A stretch of 64,000 bases of DNA. Origin: a virus. How positions within the stretch are numbered: position 1 is the stretch's first letter; each line of letters opens with the position of its first letter. The stretch covers positions 32,001-96,000 of the IMG/VR virus record IMGVR_UViG_3300037137_001341; one strand, written 5' to 3'. This document shows, piece by piece, positions 26,043 through 35,495 of this stretch. The notes beneath the pieces were generated by a model that did no database searches, was not told the origin of the DNA, and saw only the letters and a list, made by a program, of their open reading frames with translations. Both the position numbers and the translations under genes were made by a program.

Positions 26043-26242
26043 AGCGAACCTCCCTTCCTTGATGTCTGCCCTTGCAAGCTCTGCTGCCACATGTCCGACA
26101 CCCCGGTGAGCCACGACGTGGCGTCACTCTCCGTCTGGTTGTACAGCGGCGCGTAGCCGATGATCTCCCGCACCGCGTCCACCGTCTCCCGCACCGCCCG
26201 CGTCTCTTCTCGGGACCGCTTCCTGTACCGGTTGTGCCCCAT
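26039..26242 (-). CDS. Small hypothetical protein
   Basis: Fills gap; ends overlapping groES start. Confidence 0.5.
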   Translation of the reverse strand: MGHNRYRKRSREETRAVRETVDAVREIIGYAPLYNQTESDATSWLTGVSDMWQQSLQGQTSRKGGSL

Positions 26243-26247
26243 CTCGC

Positions 26248-26844
26248 TCAGGCTTCCTCGACCTTCGAGTCCGCGATCCTGACGGCCCACGTGCAGCCGA
26301 AGTTGCTGCACCGGATGAGATCGTCCACGAAGATCGTGCCGCATATCCGCACGTAGAACGGCACCCCGTACGGGTCGACCAGCTGCACCATCTTCCCCTC
26401 CTGCTTCGTGTCCAGGAAAAACTTCCGGTGGCTCTTCCTGACCATCACCTGCGAAGACCCGTGCGGCTCACCACGCTCCAGGCACTTCGGGCACACGAGC
26501 GTGAAAAGCTCGTCTCCGTCCGGCGTCAGCACGATCTCGCCCACGCACTCCTGCCGGATGCTCTTGTCCCGGTTCAGGTAGTAGAAGACCACGCGCGGCG
26601 AGCCCGTGTCGTGCATCCGCATCGACGTGAGCTTCGCGTGCACGAACCCGTCCTTGGTCATCCCGGCGCCGTGGGCCGCAGCCGCCTGCTGCCTATCCTG
26701 GTGCGCCCTGCCAACCTCGGACATGTGCGCCTGCTTGGCGCGCTGCTTGTCGTAGGCGCCGCTGGTCGTCCCGCCTTTGACGATGATCTGCAGCGGGCTG
26801 GCGCCGATGGACGAGGCGCCACCCTTCTCATCAGGGTCGGACAT
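26248..26844 (-). CDS. Hypothetical protein with CxxC and Cx4C Zn site
   Basis: CPKC..CSNFGC; upstream TTGACA. Confidence 0.7.
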   Translation of the reverse strand: MSDPDEKGGASSIGASPLQIIVKGGTTSGAYDKQRAKQAHMSEVGRAHQDRQQAAAAHGAGMTKDGFVHAKLTSMRMHDTGSPRVVFYYLNRDKSIRQECVGEIVLTPDGDELFTLVCPKCLERGEPHGSSQVMVRKSHRKFFLDTKQEGKMVQLVDPYGVPFYVRICGTIFVDDLIRCSNFGCTWAVRIADSKVEEA

Positions 26845-26879
26845 GTGGCTAGCATTGCTAGCTTAGCTAGCCGAACATG

Positions 26880-27188
26880 TCAACGGCGTGCAGCGGCCAT
26901 CAGGGCAGAAAGTCCGAAGATAGCCACCGAGCCGAGGACCAGGGGCTTCCACCCGACGTCCTTGACAGCGTCCCGGACCATGAACCCGAAGAGCCCGAGC
27001 CCGCCGAGGAGGGCGAACGTGCCAGCCTCCTGGTTCTTCGGCAAGGCGTCCGTCTTGAAGAGGTCCCCATCACGGATCGCGCGGCCCGCCTCGTAGGCGA
27101 TGAGCCCCCCACCGACGATGCCGGCGAACGCGAGGACAGCCGTCTGGGTCTGTACCGTCGTCTCCGGGAGAAGCTCGTAGTCGCTCAT
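26880..27188 (-). CDS. Small three-TM membrane protein
   Basis: Three hydrophobic segments; ATGA coupling. Confidence 0.7.
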   Translation of the reverse strand: MSDYELLPETTVQTQTAVLAFAGIVGGGLIAYEAGRAIRDGDLFKTDALPKNQEAGTFALLGGLGLFGFMVRDAVKDVGWKPLVLGSVAIFGLSALMAAARR

Positions 27189-29383
27189 GGGGAGCAGCGC
27201 ACTTCGGCCCACTGGATCTCTCCCACGCACCTGAGCGCGGGGGCTCCGCCTGGGAGCACGACACTGAACGTGATCTCGTGGGCCGCCGTCGCTACCGCCG
27301 TCATCGTGACTCCGAGCGCCCCAGGATCTAGCCCACCGGACGCTACGGATGCGTCCACCACGGCGCCTCCCTCGTCATGTGCCAGGACGTCGAACCAGAT
27401 CGACTGCCGTTGCGTGGATGGCGCCGCACTCTCCGCGACGATCAGCATGACGCGGAAGGTGTACGCGAAGTGGTCCCGCGTCAGGAACGGCTTCACCGTG
27501 AAGTTGGTGAGGATCCCGACTACGCTCGGGCCGGCGGGAGTGAGCCGTCCCATAACCACGGTGCCCGACTGACAGCCGCCGTCCGCGCCGAAGCGCGGAC
27601 CGCCACCGAGTACATGCCCGGACTCTTGCATCGAGTAGCCGTCCTCTCCGCCCGCATGGGAAGCGAACGCGGTCGACGTGCTGTTCTGGCCCTGCGCGTG
27701 GGAGTCGTTACCGCTTGCCGTGCACGAGATACCCTCGGCGTGCGAGTTACTGCCGCTTGCCAGTGCGCTCGCGCCCTCGGCGTGGCTCGCGATGCCCTGC
27801 GCAACGCTGTGGAATCCCTCGGCATGTGACGTAGGACCGGACGCGACGCTCGTGTCTCCTTCGGCATGAGAGTTCAGACCACTGGCGATCGTTGTGATGC
27901 CTTCCGCGTGGGCATTATCCCCACTTGCAAGAGCGCTGTTCCCTTCGGCGTGCGAACGATCCCCCTGAGCGTTGCATGCGTCGCCTTCGGCGTGAGAAGC
28001 GAAACCGCTAGCAGATCCGCTGCTGCCCTCTACGTGCGAGTTCACGCCAAGGCTCTGTCCGGCCGATCCCTCGGCATGTGAGTTCGCTCCCTGCGCCAGT
28101 GTTCCTACACCCTCGGAGTGAGAGTTCCCTCCCGTCGCCTGCGTCGCGTTGCCCTCGGCGTGAGACACCTGACCGAGCGCTTGCGTCGAGCTTCCTTCGG
28201 AGTGCGAGAAGTCTCCTACGGCATGCGTCGAGAGCCCTTCGGCATGTGCCGAGTCACCGTTCGCCAGAGTCGCACTGCCCTCGGCGTGGGATGATGGCCC
28301 GTTCGCATGCGCCTGGAGGCCCTCGGAGTGAGACTGCAGGCCGTTGGCCTGCGTCTGCCTTCCTTCGGCATGAGCGAAGTTCGCCGTCGCCTGCGACTGG
28401 ACGCCTTCAGCGTGCGATGCCTCACCGCTCGCGACCGTCGAGTGCCCCTCAGAATGTGACGAGAGCCCGGATGCCAGTGATGCCGTTCCCTCGGCATGTG
28501 ACGCGACCCCAGATGCTGTCGTGAAGTTCGGGCCTTCGCCCTGCCCCTCGGCGTGGCTGTTCGTCCCGGTCGCTCTCGTAAGGTGGTTCTCCGCGTGAGA
28601 TCGGGTGCCGCTCGCGAGGGTCTGCTCGCCCTCCGCGTGAGAGTGGTCCCCGCTCGCCGTACAGGACGCTCCCTCGGCGTGTGACACGTCTCCGCTGGCC
28701 GTGCTGTCGGCCCCCTCGGCGTGCGAGTGCCTGCCGGTGGCATCACAGGACACGCCCTCGGCGTGCGAGTTCTCGCCGCTGGCGATCGATAGTTGCCCTT
28801 CGGCATGTGACCGCAGACCGCTCGCCTGGGTCTGAGTTCCCTCGCAGTGGGACGCCTCGCCGCTCGCCGTCGAGTTGAGGCCCGTGGCGAAACTCGCGTG
28901 CCCGCTGGCCGTCGTCCCGTCGTTCTCGGCACATGCGTACAGACCGGTAATCGTGACGTTGTTCTTGACGCAGCCCTCCACGATCGGGCCGGCTATAAGC
29001 GTCCCGAAGATCACCAGCCCCATCACTCGTTGGCCCTTCGCCGCTCCGGCGATCTGGACATCGAGGATTGGGTCCGTGATTGTGAGCGCCTCGATCTGCT
29101 TCTGCAGATCCTCGGCAGTCGCTGCGAGCAGGATCCGCAGGTTGTCGATGTTCGCCCCGCCGACCATATTGGACCGGTCAGCGCCCTCGACCTCCAGGAA
29201 GAACATGTGCCCGTCGCCCGCGCCCGTGAGCGTGATGGATGCGACGGTCGAGTTCGGGAGAGCCTCAAACAGAGGAACTATTTTTGCGAGTATCTGCGCC
29301 CCCATGTCTTCCGCTGTTGCAGACTGAATTACCGCGCTTATCGCATTGGCGGTACCACCGAGGATTGTTCCGTATCTCGACAT
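27185..29383 (-). CDS. YadA-head-like beta-roll repeat protein (candidate spike/receptor-binding protein)
   Basis: ~28 tandem 14-aa xASGxxSHAEGxxx repeats; no signal peptide or barrel anchor. Confidence 0.8.
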   Translation of the reverse strand: MSRYGTILGGTANAISAVIQSATAEDMGAQILAKIVPLFEALPNSTVASITLTGAGDGHMFFLEVEGADRSNMVGGANIDNLRILLAATAEDLQKQIEALTITDPILDVQIAGAAKGQRVMGLVIFGTLIAGPIVEGCVKNNVTITGLYACAENDGTTASGHASFATGLNSTASGEASHCEGTQTQASGLRSHAEGQLSIASGENSHAEGVSCDATGRHSHAEGADSTASGDVSHAEGASCTASGDHSHAEGEQTLASGTRSHAENHLTRATGTNSHAEGQGEGPNFTTASGVASHAEGTASLASGLSSHSEGHSTVASGEASHAEGVQSQATANFAHAEGRQTQANGLQSHSEGLQAHANGPSSHAEGSATLANGDSAHAEGLSTHAVGDFSHSEGSSTQALGQVSHAEGNATQATGGNSHSEGVGTLAQGANSHAEGSAGQSLGVNSHVEGSSGSASGFASHAEGDACNAQGDRSHAEGNSALASGDNAHAEGITTIASGLNSHAEGDTSVASGPTSHAEGFHSVAQGIASHAEGASALASGSNSHAEGISCTASGNDSHAQGQNSTSTAFASHAGGEDGYSMQESGHVLGGGPRFGADGGCQSGTVVMGRLTPAGPSVVGILTNFTVKPFLTRDHFAYTFRVMLIVAESAAPSTQRQSIWFDVLAHDEGGAVVDASVASGGLDPGALGVTMTAVATAAHEITFSVVLPGGAPALRCVGEIQWAEVRCSP

Positions 29384-29395
29384 GTTCGTTCTCCT

Positions 29396-29671
29396 TCAGT
29401 CCGCAAATAGCTTCGTTCGCTTCTGGATCTGCTTCACGGCGATGCCCGCGATGAGCGAGACCACCACAGCCGTCGTGACCGAGATGAACAGTGGGCGACG
29501 GTACCAGACAACCTTGCCGTCGCGACACCCGTCACATGACGGATGATCGTCTGGGCCTACGCAGACGACGCAATCGCCGTCCTTCAGATACGTGCACTCG
29601 GGGCACGTGACCAGGGCCATGCGCGTTTGCACCTGGCCGGTCGCAGTCGGGTAACCCACGTAGCCGATCAT
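29396..29671 (-). CDS. Cys-rich protein with C-terminal TM anchor
   Basis: CPEC, CVVC, CDGC; TM then basic tail. Confidence 0.7.
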   Translation of the reverse strand: MIGYVGYPTATGQVQTRMALVTCPECTYLKDGDCVVCVGPDDHPSCDGCRDGKVVWYRRPLFISVTTAVVVSLIAGIAVKQIQKRTKLFAD

Positions 29672-29674
29672 GGG

Positions 29675-29998
29675 TCAGTCCTCGTCGTCGTCGTCCTCGT
29701 GACGCTCGCACCACTCGATGAAGCCGGCGATGGCGTCGAGGATGGTCTCGTAGCCGTCGTCGATCCGCAGGTGCTTCCTGAACTCTTCGCCTGACTTCAG
29801 GTCGACCTCTCGGATCTCGTAGCCACACGTCCTCGACTCGTCGTTCGCTCCAGCGCCCTTCTCCCAGAAGAACGTGACGGCGACGTCCTCGCGACCGAGA
29901 CAATCCTCGGCGCGCTCCGTCATGGCCTCCAGAAGCTCCGTGCCGACCTCGGCGTCTTCGAGGTAGTCCTCTTGGGGCAGGTGGTTGTTCGCGCGCAT
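29675..29998 (-). CDS. Acidic hypothetical protein
   Basis: Starts MRAN; D/E-rich. Confidence 0.65.
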   Translation of the reverse strand: MRANNHLPQEDYLEDAEVGTELLEAMTERAEDCLGREDVAVTFFWEKGAGANDESRTCGYEIREVDLKSGEEFRKHLRIDDGYETILDAIAGFIEWCERHEDDDDED

Positions 29999-30004
29999 GG
30001 ACGC

Positions 30005-30661
30005 CTACCGGCCTCTCGCTCGCGATTCGTGCTGCGCCTTCAGCTTCAGCCTGTACCGCTCTCCGGCTGCGAGCCTACTCTGATGCTTCTCGTAGGCACT
30101 CGTGTAGTCCGACGGTGAACGGGGGCGGTGCTTGTGCTGATGCGACTCCCACGCCATGTACTCGGCCGGTGAGCGGTGCATGTTCTCCTCGTACCCCTCC
30201 CCAGGCACGTAGTACTCGTACTCGGCGATGCCGCGCTTCCCGAGCCTTCGCTCTCCCTTGCGCGACTTGCGCCTCCCTCGCCGTTGCCGATGCCAGTCGT
30301 CGCCTGGCTTCCGCGGCGCTTCCCTGCCACGCTGGTGCCGCTTGTTCGGCGTGAGCTTCTTCTGCCCCCACCAGGCGTACCCGAACAGGAGCCCGAGCCC
30401 GATGCCGAGCGCAACACCGCCAGCGACCACGCCCCACGACGTCTCCTTGTACGTCGCCTCCGGGTCGGCCCCGAGCGCTGCCCAGTGCGGCAGGAAGTCA
30501 TCCTCCCCCGGGATGCTCTGCCCGAGCCCGCCGATGCCAACGCGCATGGGGCCCGCACGCAGCGGGTTGATGCCCCAGCCCGGCACCGGCGCGTTCTGCC
30601 AGCCAGGCGTCGCGACGGCAAGCTCGTGGTAGTCGGCGTCAGGCACGTTCCAGTACGACAT
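30005..30661 (-). CDS. Membrane protein with GLG tag and basic tail
   Basis: IGGLGQ, ALGAD, TM, then LTPN/YEEN and Arg-rich segment. Confidence 0.72.
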   Translation of the reverse strand: MSYWNVPDADYHELAVATPGWQNAPVPGWGINPLRAGPMRVGIGGLGQSIPGEDDFLPHWAALGADPEATYKETSWGVVAGGVALGIGLGLLFGYAWWGQKKLTPNKRHQRGREAPRKPGDDWHRQRRGRRKSRKGERRLGKRGIAEYEYYVPGEGYEENMHRSPAEYMAWESHQHKHRPRSPSDYTSAYEKHQSRLAAGERYRLKLKAQHESRARGR

Positions 30662-30800
30662 CGTCTTCTCCTTCGTCCGACGCCATCGCGGGCACCGGGA
30701 TCGTGTCCCGTTCGTTGTCGACGACCACGCCCCACTCCCAGGGGGAGGAGGCAAAGTCTTCCTGCGGCTCCTGGTTCTCCTGGTCGGGGTCCGGCGGCAT
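30639..30800 (-). CDS. Small acidic protein
   Basis: Preceded by GTGACT-17-TAGACT-7-ATG (30808..30836). Confidence 0.45.
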   Translation of the reverse strand: MPPDPDQENQEPQEDFASSPWEWGVVVDNERDTIPVPAMASDEGEDDVVLERA

Positions 30801-30832
30801 GTGCCCCAGTCTACATGCCCCCTGGGCGCGAG

Positions 30833-31069
30833 TCACCTGCGGCCCCGCATCCACCAGGCTCCCAGGCCCACGGCCATGACCACCGCGGCGGAGATGACCA
30901 CGGCGCCCCGCATGACGGCCATGTTGATGGCCGGCTGGGCCTGGTCCGAGGCGTCGTTGACCAGGGCCTCCATGGGCAGCGTGATCTCCGTGTCCTTCCC
31001 CCAGGGGAGGGGCAGGTCCACGAGGTACGTGATCGTCTTGCCGGGGCCGGCACCCATCGCTCGGTACAT
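30833..31069 (-). CDS. C-anchored membrane protein, paralog of 31311..31697
   Basis: GAGPG..PWGKDTEI; TM + RGRR. Confidence 0.75.
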   Translation of the reverse strand: MYRAMGAGPGKTITYLVDLPLPWGKDTEITLPMEALVNDASDQAQPAINMAVMRGAVVISAAVVMAVGLGAWWMRGRR

Positions 31070-31072
31070 GAG

Positions 31073-31306
31073 TCATTCCTCCGGTGGCGCGCCCGGAGGC
31101 ACCCACCACGCTTCGACATCACAGTCGACGTCGCGCCATCGCTGCTTGGTCACGCAGCCTCTGAGGAAGGCGTCCGTCTTCATGTGGGAGTCGAAGTACC
31201 CCTCCGCCTCCTCGCGCGTGTCACCCGCGAACACGTGTCTCACGATCGGATAGTCGTGCCCGCCGCCAGGCTCGTAGATGTCGACGACGAGACGCCACGC
31301 ATGCAC
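31073..31306 (-). CDS. Small hypothetical protein
   Basis: Fills gap in operon; protein-like. Confidence 0.6.
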   Translation of the reverse strand: MHAWRLVVDIYEPGGGHDYPIVRHVFAGDTREEAEGYFDSHMKTDAFLRGCVTKQRWRDVDCDVEAWWVPPGAPPEE

Positions 31307-31310
31307 CGCG

Positions 31311-31697
31311 CTACACGCCCTTCTTGATCCACCAGGCAGCGAGGCCGACCGAGAGGACCACCATGCCGGCGATGCCGAGCGCGGCCTTGATCGCGTCGTC
31401 CTTGACCATGTCGACCTTGGCGAACGTGATCTCCATCTGCTTCGCGATCTCGGGACGGATCACCTCGTCCATCACCTTCTTCACGAGCTTCGGCCCGTAG
31501 AGGTTCGCCTCGTCCTCCATGTCGTTGATGAGCTTCGTCTCCAGCGCGTTGATGTCCGGCGTGAGCGAAGCCCACGTGTCGGCGACCATCGCGTCGACCG
31601 GCACGACGATCTCCGTGTCCTTGCCCCACGGAAACGGCGCGTCGACCTTGTAGGTCTTCGTGGGACCGGGGCCTGCGCCGACGCCGTGGTAGCTCAC
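31311..31697 (-). CDS. C-anchored membrane protein
   Basis: YHGVGAGPG..PWGKDTEI; TM + KK. Confidence 0.75.
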   Translation of the reverse strand: MSYHGVGAGPGPTKTYKVDAPFPWGKDTEIVVPVDAMVADTWASLTPDINALETKLINDMEDEANLYGPKLVKKVMDEVIRPEIAKQMEITFAKVDMVKDDAIKAALGIAGMVVLSVGLAAWWIKKGV

Positions 31698-32335
31698 GCT
31701 GCCGCCTTCTGCTCGTACTCCCGCCGCAAGACCTCGTAGGCCACGTTGAACTTCTTCAGTCGCTCGACGTTCAATGCGCGCTGCCGATCGCTCTGCGGCC
31801 GGTCGGCGTTGTACTTCAACACGAGCTTCCGGTACTGCCGCTTGATCTGCTCCCAGTTCGAGCGCGGCGGCATCTTCAGCGCCTTGAGCGCCATCGCCAC
31901 GGACATGCCGCCGGGAGCCTGCTGCGCCGGAGGCGGCGGGGATTCCTGACGGCCGTTGGTCCATCCCTCGGCGCGCTTCCTGGCCTTCGTCTCCCCGATG
32001 CAGACCTCGCAGATCGCGTCCGCCATGTAGTCCACGCGGGAATGTGCCAGGCAGCACGGGCGCCCGCACACGTCGCACTTCACGACCGCGTACGACCGGC
32101 AGGCTCGGGGTCTCCCGGTGCTCACGTCGGGCGAGGCGCAGGGCGTGGGGGACATGACGGCGAACGTCCACTTCGAGAGCGCGTTCTTCGTGAGATGCGA
32201 GCCCCACTCCTTCAGCTGTTCGGCGACCTCCTGAGCGGCGGTCGAGCTAGCGCCAAGGTTCTGCGCCATGACGGACGCGAACGTCTCCCACGGGATCTCT
32301 GCGGTGGCCCGCTTGAGGCGCTCGAAGAGATCCAT
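31694..32335 (-). CDS. Zn-finger plus degenerate J-domain protein
   Basis: CDVC..CLAH..CEVC; IKRQYRKLVLKYNADR..FNVAYEVL (HPD replaced by NAD). Confidence 0.75.
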   Translation of the reverse strand: MDLFERLKRATAEIPWETFASVMAQNLGASSTAAQEVAEQLKEWGSHLTKNALSKWTFAVMSPTPCASPDVSTGRPRACRSYAVVKCDVCGRPCCLAHSRVDYMADAICEVCIGETKARKRAEGWTNGRQESPPPPAQQAPGGMSVAMALKALKMPPRSNWEQIKRQYRKLVLKYNADRPQSDRQRALNVERLKKFNVAYEVLRREYEQKAAA

Positions 32336-32342
32336 CTGGCGC

Positions 32343-33038
32343 CTACGCCGCGGCAGCCGGCCGCGTCGCGTAGAAGGCGCCGAGACCGAGCACGGCCCCG
32401 ATGCCCACGCCGGCCGCCATGCCCATCGGCTTGGTCTTCTTCCACAGGACGGCACCGAGGAGCCCCGCGACCGCGCCGCCACCGGCGTACATCGCGAGGT
32501 TCTTCTTGTCGTCATCCGTGAGCGGAGCCGCCGAGCCGAGACCGCGCAGATGACCACTGTGAACGACGGGGCGACGGGGAGGCCGCCGGCGCACCCTGCC
32601 GAGCCCGGCCGTAGCGCCTGCGTTGTACCAGGCGATCAGCGCCTTCTGGAAGCCGGCGTTCATGTGTGACCAGTCGTAGTCCGACAGAGACTCTGTCACA
32701 TCGACGAGCATCATGTCGCACGAGTCCAGCTGGTTGAACCGACCGAGCCCGTGCGCCTGACCCTTGTACGCAGACACGGTACACACGGAGATCCACCGTC
32801 CTGTATCCGTGTCGGTGTACCCACCGGTGTACCAGTGGTAGAGCGTGCTGCGGAATGTGTCCGGCAGCGCTTCCCACTCGCTGTCGTCCATGGCTTCCAC
32901 TGCCGCGACGAGAGCCGCGTCCGTCCCGTCGCTCTTGTTGTACTGGCCGACGCCGCTGAAGTACTCGCCCATGCCCTTCATCCCGGGCGGCTTGTACGCG
33001 AAAAACTCACCCATTCCTGCTGGTGCTTGCTTGTACAT
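32343..33038 (-). CDS. Membrane protein with multiple G-h-G tags
   Basis: GMGEFF, GMGEYF, GVGQ, GLG x3; two C-terminal TM. Confidence 0.75.
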   Translation of the reverse strand: MYKQAPAGMGEFFAYKPPGMKGMGEYFSGVGQYNKSDGTDAALVAAVEAMDDSEWEALPDTFRSTLYHWYTGGYTDTDTGRWISVCTVSAYKGQAHGLGRFNQLDSCDMMLVDVTESLSDYDWSHMNAGFQKALIAWYNAGATAGLGRVRRRPPRRPVVHSGHLRGLGSAAPLTDDDKKNLAMYAGGGAVAGLLGAVLWKKTKPMGMAAGVGIGAVLGLGAFYATRPAAAA

Positions 33039-33043
33039 TGGAG

Positions 33044-34093
33044 TTACCTCTTCCTTCGTAGAACGAGTGCGATCCCGAGCAGCGCCACAGCGCCGAGCCC
33101 ATACATCGCCATGGTGCTCATCATCGGCGCGCTCGCGCCCCCGGTGTCCACCCGCGTGCCCTTCGTCTTGTCGGCCAGCGACAAGTACGGAGGCAGCACC
33201 GGGCCGCCGCCGCCAGCGAACCAGGCGTACAGGTTCGGCATCGACTTCTTCACGAAGTCCGGGCCCCCGCCCGCAGTGGTCGGAGCCGCCATGAGCCCGA
33301 CCATGATCCCGATCCCAGTGGCGTTCGGGTACGTCTGCGCTCCCGCGGACGCGCTCACGGTCTTGCCGCTCATCACCGGGGACGCGGATACGATGTACTG
33401 CCAGAGCACGCTCGCCGCCGGCTCCCAGATCCCGCTGGTGTAGAAGTCGGGCGTGTAGGTCGCCTGCGCCGTCGTACTGAGCGCGAAGCCGCCGCTCGAC
33501 AGCGCCATCAGCGACTTCACCTCGGCGAGCGTTGCCGCGTCACCGAGATCGAGCGTTATCCCGGTCACCGCAGCCGGCGCGCCTGCGCCGAGGCTTCCGT
33601 CATTGAACGCCCGCAGCGGGCCGAACGTGTTCATGCCCTCGTAGTGCGGCCCAAGGATCCCCTGGTTGTAGACCGAGATGGGCGTGCCACCGGCCTCGTC
33701 CGTATCTCCGAGCGAGCCATCGTTGTATGACCGCAGCGGTCCCGGCATCGAGGCGTCTGCCGGTGAGCCACCGACCACGCCGTCGGCGTACGCGAAGAGC
33801 GATCCAGCGGAGGCGTCACCGAGCCCGAGCGATCCGTCCGAGTACGCGAACAGCGGGCCAGGCATCGCGGACTCGTCCGGCGAGCCGCCGAACACGCCGT
33901 CCGAGTACGCCTGCAACGGCCCCTGCCCGAGCCCGAGCGATCCGTCCGAGTACGCGAACAACGGGCCAGGCATCTCGGCGCTTGCCGCCGAGCCCCCGAC
34001 GACACCGTCGGCATATGCCTGCAGCGGGCCCTGACCCAAGCCGCCGGCGCCCTGGGTGATCTTGGTGCTTCCGAAATATGCGCCTAGCGGCAT
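33044..34093 (-). CDS. Repeat-containing C-anchored membrane protein
   Basis: GPLxAYxDG repeats; TM + RRKR; GAGGAACACATG start. Confidence 0.78.
   Translation of the reverse strand: MPLGAYFGSTKITQGAGGLGQGPLQAYADGVVGGSAASAEMPGPLFAYSDGSLGLGQGPLQAYSDGVFGGSPDESAMPGPLFAYSDGSLGLGDASAGSLFAYADGVVGGSPADASMPGPLRSYNDGSLGDTDEAGGTPISVYNQGILGPHYEGMNTFGPLRAFNDGSLGAGAPAAVTGITLDLGDAATLAEVKSLMALSSGGFALSTTAQATYTPDFYTSGIWEPAASVLWQYIVSASPVMSGKTVSASAGAQTYPNATGIGIMVGLMAAPTTAGGGPDFVKKSMPNLYAWFAGGGGPVLPPYLSLADKTKGTRVDTGGASAPMMSTMAMYGLGAVALLGIALVLRRKR
33590..34035 (-). repeat. Intragenic tandem repeat, ~108-bp unit
   Basis: gagcccgagcgatccgtccgagtacgcgaaca at 33821 and 33929. Confidence 0.75.
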
Positions 34094-34122
34094 GTGTTCC
34101 TCGTTCCTGAGCCTACTCCGGG

Positions 34123-34350
34123 TCAGTCCCCTACGAAAGCCTCGATGCGGGGCCGCAGAAAGTACATGGCGATCCCGCCGGCTACGACGCCGACCCCGAG
34201 CCAGGCCCAGCCGGGCACACCGGCGCCGATCTCGTCCGCCCCGAGCCCAACGGCCCTCCCGAGGATCCCCATGGGGCCGCCCACGTTGTCCATCGTGGGC
34301 CCGAGCGCCTCGGCGCCAGCCGCAAGAGACCTCTTCTGCTGATCGGTCAT
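34123..34350 (-). CDS. Small C-anchored membrane protein
   Basis: VGLGADE; TM. Confidence 0.7.
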   Translation of the reverse strand: MTDQQKRSLAAGAEALGPTMDNVGGPMGILGRAVGLGADEIGAGVPGWAWLGVGVVAGGIAMYFLRPRIEAFVGD

Positions 34351-34571
34351 CGGGACCTCGGCCTCACCGGATCACGCAGCACGAAATACCCGAGCACGAT
34401 CGCCACCCCGAGGAGCCCGAGCGCCATCCGGTGCGCCAGCTGCACGGTCTCCGGCGACGGCTCCGTTGGAGCATCGCCCATCGCGCCCGAGCAGCCGCAG
34501 CCGCCCACGCCGACGAGCTTGCCGGACATGTCCCCGTAGGGAGGGACACCGGCGATGGCGACCAGATTCAT
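34347..34571 (-). CDS. Small C-anchored membrane protein
   Basis: GVGGCGCSGAMGDA; TM + basic tail. Confidence 0.68.
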   Translation of the reverse strand: MNLVAIAGVPPYGDMSGKLVGVGGCGCSGAMGDAPTEPSPETVQLAHRMALGLLGVAIVLGYFVLRDPVRPRSR

Positions 34572-34573
34572 GT

Positions 34574-35491
34574 TCACTTCTTGTACTTCCGGTACATGTA
34601 GTAGCCGCCGCCACCCACCGCGAGCAGCGCAAGGATCCCCCACATCGCCGACGTCGAGGACGCCTGCGTCGTTGGCTTGTGGAACATCGGGATGCAGTTG
34701 CTGCCGACCAGATGTGATCCGGGCGGGCAAGTCGTCGCTACTGTCAGCGCCACGCAGTTGCCGTTCGCGTCCCACACGTACCCTGGTGAGCAGTCGCCCG
34801 CGCAGACGCTCGTGCCGTCCGTGAAGTGGAACGGTGACCTGCCCGCTGGACACGTCACGCAGTTCCCGTTCGCGTCCCAGGCATGCTCCGGGTCACAGAT
34901 CCCCGCGCACTGCCCCTTGAAGAGCGCGTGCCCCGGAGGACACGACGTCACCGCGCACGGCGGCGCCGCCATCAGCTTCGCCCACCAAGCGGGATCGTGT
35001 TGGCCGAGCCAGCAGAGGACGTTCCAGTCCTTGTTGTCCCCACCTCCCGCGTTGCAGTAGTCCCGCAGCTTCGCGAACTCCGGCGTGATGCACGCAGCAG
35101 GAGCCGGGAGTCCGGCGCCGGGACAGAACGGGAGCTTCGAGAGCGCGATGGCGGTCCACTGCGCCGCCGTGTCATTCACGCAGTCGAAGTCCGGGTTCAG
35201 CACGCGGCCATTGGCGCAGTTGGCGATAACGCCGGCCGTGTACGTGTCGATGCACGTCGGCGTCGGGCAGATGTTCGAGTCGGCAACAGAACACGGCGGA
35301 AAGGCGGCCAGCCTCCCACTCATCTTGTACTCGACGCCGAGCCCGGTCAGCGTTCCGCTTCTCTGAGCCGCACAGAGCCCGACCGCCTCGTCATGCTCCG
35401 CCTGCGAGACACACGTCGGCTCCGAGAGGGAGCGGATCCCGCTGGGGGTCATCTCCAGGAGGCCGAGACCTGTCATCGATCGGTACGTCAT
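34574..35491 (-). CDS. Cys-rich C-anchored membrane protein
   Basis: MTGLG, LTGLG; CxxGxxWDANGNC modules; TM + RKYKK. Confidence 0.78.
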   Translation of the reverse strand: MTYRSMTGLGLLEMTPSGIRSLSEPTCVSQAEHDEAVGLCAAQRSGTLTGLGVEYKMSGRLAAFPPCSVADSNICPTPTCIDTYTAGVIANCANGRVLNPDFDCVNDTAAQWTAIALSKLPFCPGAGLPAPAACITPEFAKLRDYCNAGGGDNKDWNVLCWLGQHDPAWWAKLMAAPPCAVTSCPPGHALFKGQCAGICDPEHAWDANGNCVTCPAGRSPFHFTDGTSVCAGDCSPGYVWDANGNCVALTVATTCPPGSHLVGSNCIPMFHKPTTQASSTSAMWGILALLAVGGGGYYMYRKYKK

Positions 35492-35495
35492 CGGA

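Noticed and set aside
26845-26882. Sigma70 promoter with GCTAGC palindromes
   Set aside because: TTGACA is present but there is no clean -10 at 17 bp, so it was left uncalled
27185-29383. Trimeric autotransporter adhesin
   Set aside because: No signal peptide and no C-terminal YadA barrel ending in an aromatic residue
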